Virus record (IMG/VR): IMGVR_UViG_3300024251_000003
Coordinates: 1-41,431 of that record
Direction: 5' to 3' (one strand)
From: a virus
Lineage: Duplodnaviria > Caudoviricetes
DNA: 41,431 nt
This document shows positions 36,775-41,431 of the stretch, piece by piece (the first letter of the stretch is position 1; every line of letters begins with the position of its first letter). A program made the translations under genes and the position numbers. A model generated the notes under the pieces. That model was not told the DNA's origin. It was given only the letters and a program-made list of their open reading frames with translations, and did no database searches.

Positions 36775-36802
36775 ATCATATCATGCTATGGATTGTTGTC
36801 AA
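36775..36802 (-). promoter_or_regulatory. Sigma70 promoter TTGACA-16-TATGAT with extended -10 TG
   Basis: Near-consensus match directly upstream of the RNA locus. Confidence 0.75.
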
Positions 36803-37109
36803 GCACCACAATCCCATTTTCAAACCAGTAAGCAACAGTCCTTTCCCATGCTAATTCCCACATTTCACGCTTTTCTGACAAAGTTAGCTTTCCTTTACGA
36901 CCATCTATCATGTCGTGGTGATCCTGGCAAACGTACGCGGTATAGAAATCATGCGGTTTAACGCCTATTCCGTGGCCGTGGCGCAACGCATTGCTGTGGG
37001 CGGCTACCGTGGTGCCAATTTCACCGCAGATCGCGCAGGGAGCGCCGTTTGCGGCTTTTAAGAGCTTGGGTAGTCTCATGCGCGGGTTGCGCTGTCTGAG
37101 TCCGTTCAT
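36786..37109 (-). CDS. DUF1364/YbcO-like putative nuclease
   Basis: AANGAPCAICG...TTVAAHSN...GIGVKPHD...AYVCQDHHDMIDG. Confidence 0.8.
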   Translation of the reverse strand: MNGLRQRNPRMRLPKLLKAANGAPCAICGEIGTTVAAHSNALRHGHGIGVKPHDFYTAYVCQDHHDMIDGRKGKLTLSEKREMWELAWERTVAYWFENGIVVLDNNP

Positions 37110-37609
37110 CTATCCCGCTCGCTAAATTTAACCCCCAAATTTGATCCGAATGCTTGAACCTGCTCCATAAACTCACCGAAACCAAACTTGGTAAGCTCTG
37201 TGGTACTACCAACCAAGACTCGATCACCGTTAGGCTTGAAGTCCCACTTACGGTATGTCTCCGGGCTTTTCACCCTGCGCGCAAGTTCATCGCCCATAAG
37301 TTCGCCCTCATATGGCAGGTATTCAGCCTTAAAGTGTTCGTGTAGAACGGCCGCCGAATACTGCCTACCTTCTATCCATGCCTGATCTGCGATGTCCCGC
37401 AGCGGGCCTGCGTGATAGGCTGCGTTTTGATCTAACGTCCTTACCTTTACCGCTTCACCTACGCGAATCTCAAGCGGGTTATGCGGATCAATAGGCGCGT
37501 TCTTGACCATAGCCACGGCTAGGTCACGCTGATCCACGCCTACCAACTTGATAATTCGCGTCGTGAACTTCGGGCGCGCGAGTTTTGTTTGGTCTCCTAG
37601 ATTGGTCAT
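37106..37609 (-). CDS. ninB: NinB/Orf-family recombination protein
   Basis: RTLDQNAAYHA...STTELTKFGFGEFMEQVQAFG...GVKF. Confidence 0.8.
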   Translation of the reverse strand: MTNLGDQTKLARPKFTTRIIKLVGVDQRDLAVAMVKNAPIDPHNPLEIRVGEAVKVRTLDQNAAYHAGPLRDIADQAWIEGRQYSAAVLHEHFKAEYLPYEGELMGDELARRVKSPETYRKWDFKPNGDRVLVGSTTELTKFGFGEFMEQVQAFGSNLGVKFSERDR

Positions 37610-37866
37610 CTTGATTGATCCAGTTCGCGCCATTTCCGGTACAATTCCTGCCGTTCCCTAATCCGACGCCGCCACGCTGGTTCGCCATCGGCGTTACCAT
37701 CCTTTTCGTTGGGGTGAATCTTGCGAATGTCTCGCGTAAACATTTCGCCGTCGCTGGCTCGCAAGGTGATACGCAATCTGCCGCCCGCAATGGTTTCGAC
37801 TTTGACAGGATTGGCGGTTGAAACCTTCGCTGATCTATCGAACAATCTTGTTTGCGATGTGGCCAT
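37606..37866 (-). CDS. Hypothetical protein
   Basis: Coupled ORF with SD GGAGG. Confidence 0.6.
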   Translation of the reverse strand: MATSQTRLFDRSAKVSTANPVKVETIAGGRLRITLRASDGEMFTRDIRKIHPNEKDGNADGEPAWRRRIRERQELYRKWRELDQSR

Positions 37867-38063
37867 CACGCCACCTCCAAATGAATAACCCGCTCGCCCT
37901 CATGCCGACACAGCTTCTTTTCCTGATCCTTTCCGATAACACCCTGAACTGCTACAGCACGCACGTAAACGAACTTGTCGAACTGCGGCACCCACAGAGC
38001 CTCGTAGTCCATTCCGTCCTCGTCTACGTCACTCAGTAGGATTGCGATTTGCTTATAGGTCAT
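37866..38063 (-). CDS. Hypothetical protein
   Basis: ATGA-coupled to the MTase. Confidence 0.55.
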   Translation of the reverse strand: MTYKQIAILLSDVDEDGMDYEALWVPQFDKFVYVRAVAVQGVIGKDQEKKLCRHEGERVIHLEVA

Positions 38064-39007
38064 GCAGCCACCCGCTGCGGCTTGAAATGCGCCGCGATAT
38101 ACCGGGACAGCGGCAACGGAATCTTGGCAATAGCGGCCGATGCGGCTTTGCGCGCTTTGCTTTTAGATCCTGTCGTGCGGCTGATTGAGTTCCCTGAATC
38201 TGAATTAAACCAGTCGCCGCCTTGTTTGATTTCATCGCGGCCAAGTTGCGCTTTATCGGTCTTGTCGTAATGCTTATCGCGCCATGCTTTTGAGATTTGG
38301 CGATGGACTGACTCTGATTGAAAACTTTTCCCGCTACCGTCGAACCGAAATCCGGGATTTTTAAGATGAGATTCTTGATGAAACGCAGCGGCAAATCCGG
38401 CTTCCATACTTGAATAATCTCTGTCCTTCCAAAGTTTAGGCCCACAGTGCGCCGGAAATTTCATTCTGCGCTGCGATACCATAGGCATCAACGCAGGCAC
38501 ATCGCCCCAAAGATGGTATGAGCCGTAGTTCCACCGCGACCGCCCTACCCATTCCTGCGCGCCCCGCACGTTCTCAACGATAAGCGGGATAAACCGGCCG
38601 GCCGCATCGCACGCCTCGCGCTGAATTCTGAAACAGGCGTCAAACAGCGCCGTGAGTCGCTTCTGTTCTGCGGCGTCAGACAAAATGCGCGCCCTCTTTT
38701 CCTTCGCCAGCGACCACGGCATAGCCATATATGAGAATTCCTGGCAGGGGGGGCTTGCCACTATCAGAGCGGCGTCTTTGAACTGCCTGCCGTGAATGGT
38801 CATCACGTCCTGAAGCACAAGCTGAGCGGGATAGCCGCCTGTGCCGTAGTCGTGGCGCTCGATGTCGAAACCGATGACGCGGAAATTTTCCGCTAAAAGT
38901 CCCTCAGTCCAACCACCCAACCCGCAAAACAAATCAATCGCTAGGGGTCTTTCGTCTGCGGATTGCCCACAGCGTTTTGTATTGAATGCCGTATTTGCGA
39001 GCGACAC
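38060..39007 (-). CDS. C5-cytosine DNA methyltransferase (N-terminus supplied by a recoded duplicate)
   Basis: Motif I DLFCGLGG, motif IV ASPPCQEFS, motif VI VENV; GTG 39007 preceded by GAGGGG. Confidence 0.85.
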   Translation of the reverse strand: MSLANTAFNTKRCGQSADERPLAIDLFCGLGGWTEGLLAENFRVIGFDIERHDYGTGGYPAQLVLQDVMTIHGRQFKDAALIVASPPCQEFSYMAMPWSLAKEKRARILSDAAEQKRLTALFDACFRIQREACDAAGRFIPLIVENVRGAQEWVGRSRWNYGSYHLWGDVPALMPMVSQRRMKFPAHCGPKLWKDRDYSSMEAGFAAAFHQESHLKNPGFRFDGSGKSFQSESVHRQISKAWRDKHYDKTDKAQLGRDEIKQGGDWFNSDSGNSISRTTGSKSKARKAASAAIAKIPLPLSRYIAAHFKPQRVAA

Positions 39008-39413
39008 TTACAGGCCCCTCGCCACGCGCAATGTCGGCCAGCATGGCCGCAACCTGCGCGTCAGTGAGAATAGAGTTCGGGTTTTTCTCCCCGCTATGAT
39101 TCCTGCGTTTATAGGTCCACCGCCCTTTTGATCGCATATCTCGCATGTTGTCGAGTTGCGTTCCGACAAATAAATGTTCGGGACGCACGCACGCACGATT
39201 GTCGCAATGGTGAAGCACTTGAAGTCCGTCAGGTATTTCGCCAACCGCGAGCCGGTAAGAGACGCGGTGCGCGCCCTCTGGCGAGTCGCCTTTGTGGGTG
39301 ACGAAAATGCCGTATCCAGATGGATATTTTGCGGCAGTCCAAGTCCAGCACTCGCCAGTCTTATCGACCTTTTCCCAGAATCTATCCGCGACCGGACGTG
39401 CCTTGTATGCCAT
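38934..39413 (-). CDS. HNH homing endonuclease with C-terminal HTH, inserted in the MTase gene
   Basis: RFWEKVDK.GECW.W...GYG...AHRVSY...VLHHCDNRACVRPEHL..GTQLDN. Confidence 0.9.
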   Translation of the reverse strand: MAYKARPVADRFWEKVDKTGECWTWTAAKYPSGYGIFVTHKGDSPEGAHRVSYRLAVGEIPDGLQVLHHCDNRACVRPEHLFVGTQLDNMRDMRSKGRWTYKRRNHSGEKNPNSILTDAQVAAMLADIARGEGPVSVARKYGIQYKTLWAIRRRKTPSD

Positions 39414-39502
39414 ATCGAATCATACCATGCGTAGCCCTCGGCCAGCAATCCTTCCGTCCAGCCACCTAAGCCGCAGAAAAGGTCGATGGCTAACGGCTTC
39501 AT
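39008..39502 (-). pseudogene. Original MTase 5' end (first ~24 codons) reading on through the HNH gene in another frame
   Basis: MKPLAIDLFCGLGGWTEGLLAEGY; ATGA-coupled to the upstream gene; same frame as 38060..39007. Confidence 0.7.
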
Positions 39503-39873
39503 GCCACACCCTTAAAAACAAGTGATTTCCATATCGTTGCCTTCACCCCATGCCGCCGCGGATGCGCCGTAGTTTTCCCGCTGTCTACAATAATTCCGGT
39601 ATCTATTGCTCTGCGGCAGATTCCTCCGTAAGCCTTACCAGTTGCCGGCGCCGGGAACGTCTTATCTAGTTCAGCCTCTGCCGTGATGAAATACCAAGGG
39701 AAAAACTCGTTCCTCTCGGCATACTTTCTGACAAACTCAAGAGCTAACGCAGACCATCCCGGTACGTCTGATTCGGCGTGGGATAGGGCGGACTGAATGC
39801 CGGTGTTTGCGGCGGCTCTGGCTGCGGCCATCGTCGGTGCTCCTGATTCATCGAACATGGCAGACTGTTCCAC
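39499..39873 (-). CDS. Hypothetical phage protein
   Basis: Coupled ORF in the nin-like region. Confidence 0.65.
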   Translation of the reverse strand: MEQSAMFDESGAPTMAAARAAANTGIQSALSHAESDVPGWSALALEFVRKYAERNEFFPWYFITAEAELDKTFPAPATGKAYGGICRRAIDTGIIVDSGKTTAHPRRHGVKATIWKSLVFKGVA

Positions 39874-39875
39874 GC

Positions 39876-40325
39876 TCAGACCTCCACCACAACTATTCCA
39901 TGCACAGCCAGCATGAGATTCTTCTTAACCACAAACCGGCGATAGGCGTCCGTCCGCTGATAAGCCTTGCGTGATGCTTCGGTTTTGAATGTGGGCTTTA
40001 CGTCCTCGACTACCTCTACCGGAAGCGTCGCTTTTCCGTCATTTGTGAAGTAGTAAAAGTCCGCAACGTATTGGCAAATGTGCGTTCCCTTCACCACTAA
40101 ATCGAATCTCTTTTGGCGGAACAAATAATGAATCTTTCCTGCCTTCTCCAACATCAACAATTCCCCGTAACGCCGCGCCTCTTTCTCGCTGTCGAAAGTC
40201 CCATGCTCGGTTACGCATTTACGGTTGCGCATCTTCGATGGCTTAGACTCTTTCTTTACTGGCTGCGTGGGATGCTTTGCGCGCTTCTGGTGAGCCGCAT
40301 ACTGTTCGTCTGTGAAGCGGATCAT
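39876..40325 (-). CDS. DUF1064-family PD-(D/E)XK nuclease
   Basis: SKMRNRK...FDSEKEARRY..L...YVADF.Y...VVEDVK. Confidence 0.85.
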   Translation of the reverse strand: MIRFTDEQYAAHQKRAKHPTQPVKKESKPSKMRNRKCVTEHGTFDSEKEARRYGELLMLEKAGKIHYLFRQKRFDLVVKGTHICQYVADFYYFTNDGKATLPVEVVEDVKPTFKTEASRKAYQRTDAYRRFVVKKNLMLAVHGIVVVEV

Positions 40326-40477
40326 TTCGCCGCCCTCTTGTAGTCAGGCGACGGCACGGCGACAACCTCATACATGCGAATCATTGGGGTAAAGTCCAGC
40401 CAACAATCCTTACGCGCGCAGCTTGTGACCTTGCGCTCGCCGGTCAATGGTTTGCTGCATTTGTAACAAAGCGTCAC
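40322..40477 (-). CDS. Small Cys-rich protein, 51 aa
   Basis: MTLCYKCSKP...C..KDC; GTGA and ATGA coupled. Confidence 0.55.
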   Translation of the reverse strand: MTLCYKCSKPLTGERKVTSCARKDCWLDFTPMIRMYEVVAVPSPDYKRAAK

Positions 40478-40626
40478 GCCCTCGCCTCCTTAACCTGCTT
40501 ACGCCGCGCCCGAATTACCGCGTTTTGCGCGGCGCGTTTAATGCCTTTTTCGCGGCGATGCTCTAGGTAATTGCCGAATCTGGCATTCCTGCCGAACAGG
40601 GGCTTGGCGTTGGCGCGGGAGGTCAT
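40474..40626 (-). CDS. Small Arg-rich protein, 50 aa
   Basis: ATGA-coupled to cro; MTSRANAKPLFGRNARF...RARRKQ. Confidence 0.55.
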   Translation of the reverse strand: MTSRANAKPLFGRNARFGNYLEHRREKGIKRAAQNAVIRARRKQVKEARA

Positions 40627-40814
40627 GCGGTTTTTTCCGTGGGGGCGTAAATACCCTCGTATGTAACCGGCGACTTCTTTACGATGATTTCCGCCTGTTC
40701 CGGTCGCGGCCTGCGCTCTAGCAGTCGCCAACTAATAACCGTGCGAACCTTCGTACGAAAGAGCTTGGCAGCCTTCTCGTCGCCCACTGATTCAATGTAT
40801 TCGGAGAGTTTCAT
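40623..40814 (-). CDS. cro: Cro-like HTH repressor
   Basis: MKLSEYIESVGDEKAAKLFRTKVRTVISWRLLERRPRPE; first gene of the leftward operon, apparently leaderless. Confidence 0.75.
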   Translation of the reverse strand: MKLSEYIESVGDEKAAKLFRTKVRTVISWRLLERRPRPEQAEIIVKKSPVTYEGIYAPTEKTA

Positions 40815-40822
40815 TTGCAATG

Positions 40823-40971
40823 ATTTTACACAAACCGTGTTTATTTGCAAGCCCTCATAAACACAAATCCCGGCGTCTAACTATTTATCCTTTATATTCA
40901 AGGACTAAGCAAACTCACCCAAAATAAACACATTTTGTGCTTTACATTCATACACGATCCGTGTTTATAAT
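40823..40971. promoter_or_regulatory. Divergent promoters with three 19-bp operators (consensus TAAACAC-N5-GTGTTTA)
   Basis: Operators 40825-43, 40925-43, 40949-67 and a half-site at 40858; leftward TTGCAA-16-TAAAAT; rightward TTTACA-19-TATAAT. Confidence 0.75.
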
Positions 40972-41011
40972 TCCCCATCGCAACAACGCACGCAACCACT
41001 AGGGAGATGAG

Positions 41012-41242
41012 ATGGCATCAGATAACGACGAACTGAAGATTGAAAAGGGAGTCCCCCTGCCGACTTCTCGTGGCGGCGGCATTTTGACAATACTGCGGCT
41101 TTGCGAAGTTGGCGACAGCATCCTGTACAAAAAAACTCAGGGATCGGCAGCAAGTTTGGCAAAACTAGTTGGCTCTGAAAAAGGCTGGAAATTCACAACG
41201 CGGAAAGTCGATGGTGGAATTCGCATCTGGCGCGTCGCTTAA
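41012..41242 (+). CDS. Conserved small phage protein, first early gene
   Basis: KIEKGVPLP...EVGDS...KFTTRKVDGGIRIWRVA; SD AGGGAG. Confidence 0.8.
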   Translation: MASDNDELKIEKGVPLPTSRGGGILTILRLCEVGDSILYKKTQGSAASLAKLVGSEKGWKFTTRKVDGGIRIWRVA

Positions 41243-41263
41243 TCAACAAACGAGGGAGATGAG

Positions 41264-41431
41264 ATGGCAACGAAAATAGAAATCAAACACTGGATCACTG
41301 GCGCAGTTCTGTTCTCGCTCGAATGCGGGGGCGTGAGAGAAGCGGTTATTAAAGCGGTTGCTCAACGCGCTGACCTGCAAGGCGCTGACCTGCAAGGCGC
41401 TGACCTGCAAGGCGCTGACCTGCGAGGCGCT
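41264..41431 (+). CDS. Pentapeptide-repeat protein, 5' part (spans the circular junction)
   Basis: ATG at 41264 after SD AGGGAG; [28 protein letters not shown] continues in frame into ORF 29..508. Confidence 0.9.
   Translation, partial: MATKIEIKHWITGAVLFSLECGGVREAVIKAVAQRADLQGADLQGADLQGADLRGA
41305..41431. repeat. Terminal overlap, copy 2
   Basis: agttctgttctcgctcgaat... begins again at 41305. Confidence 0.95.

Noticed and set aside
38060-39413. Type II restriction-modification pair (HNH plus MTase)
   Set aside because: The HNH is of the phage homing-endonuclease type and interrupts the MTase start; not formally excluded without biochemistry
38888-39496. Group I intron or intein in the MTase
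   Set aside because: The flanking peptide is duplicated rather than split, there are no intein terminal residues, and almost no non-coding room exists for a ribozyme core
41305-41431. 127-bp terminal repeat as a biological direct terminal repeat
   Set aside because: The length equals a common assembler k-mer and it falls mid-gene; a P22-like terminase implies circularly permuted headful packaging, so it is most likely an assembly overlap
1-41431. tRNA genes, reverse transcriptase/DGR, integrase/att site, alternative genetic code
   Set aside because: No cloverleaf, RT motif or recombinase motif was recognised by eye, and core genes are intact under the standard code; tRNAscan and HMM searches would be needed to exclude them fully

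Overview
The window is a complete, circularly assembled ~41.3-kb tailed-phage genome: 1..127 is repeated exactly at 41305..41431, giving a unit length of 41,304 bp. The virion module is P22-like podoviral, on the minus strand: TerS, TerL, portal, scaffold, P22-gp5-type capsid, gp4-like adaptor, gp10-like hub, three ejection proteins, tailspike and fibres. It is followed by a Gram-negative lysis cassette with Rz/Rz1 spanins. A divergent control region at ~40.8-41.0 kb, with three 19-bp operators, separates a rightward early operon (pentapeptide protein, Bet recombinase, HNH, many small and membrane proteins) from a leftward cro-nin operon. I recognise no integrase, CI repressor, exonuclease, helicase, primase or full replication initiator. 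Two observations stand out. (1) An HNH homing-endonuclease gene sits inside the 5' end of a C5-DNA methyltransferase gene and carries a synonymously recoded duplicate of the interrupted N-terminus, apparently restoring the gene without splicing. (2) A ~670-nt non-coding locus has its own sigma70 promoter, a C4/CI-like attenuator hairpin and a long structured RNA, at the position where a replication initiator would be expected. Also notable are a two-domain glycosyltransferase within the head genes, a lone GroES at the start of the late operon, and a hairpin sequestering the capsid ribosome-binding site. All protein family calls come from motif recognition by eye, not database searches.
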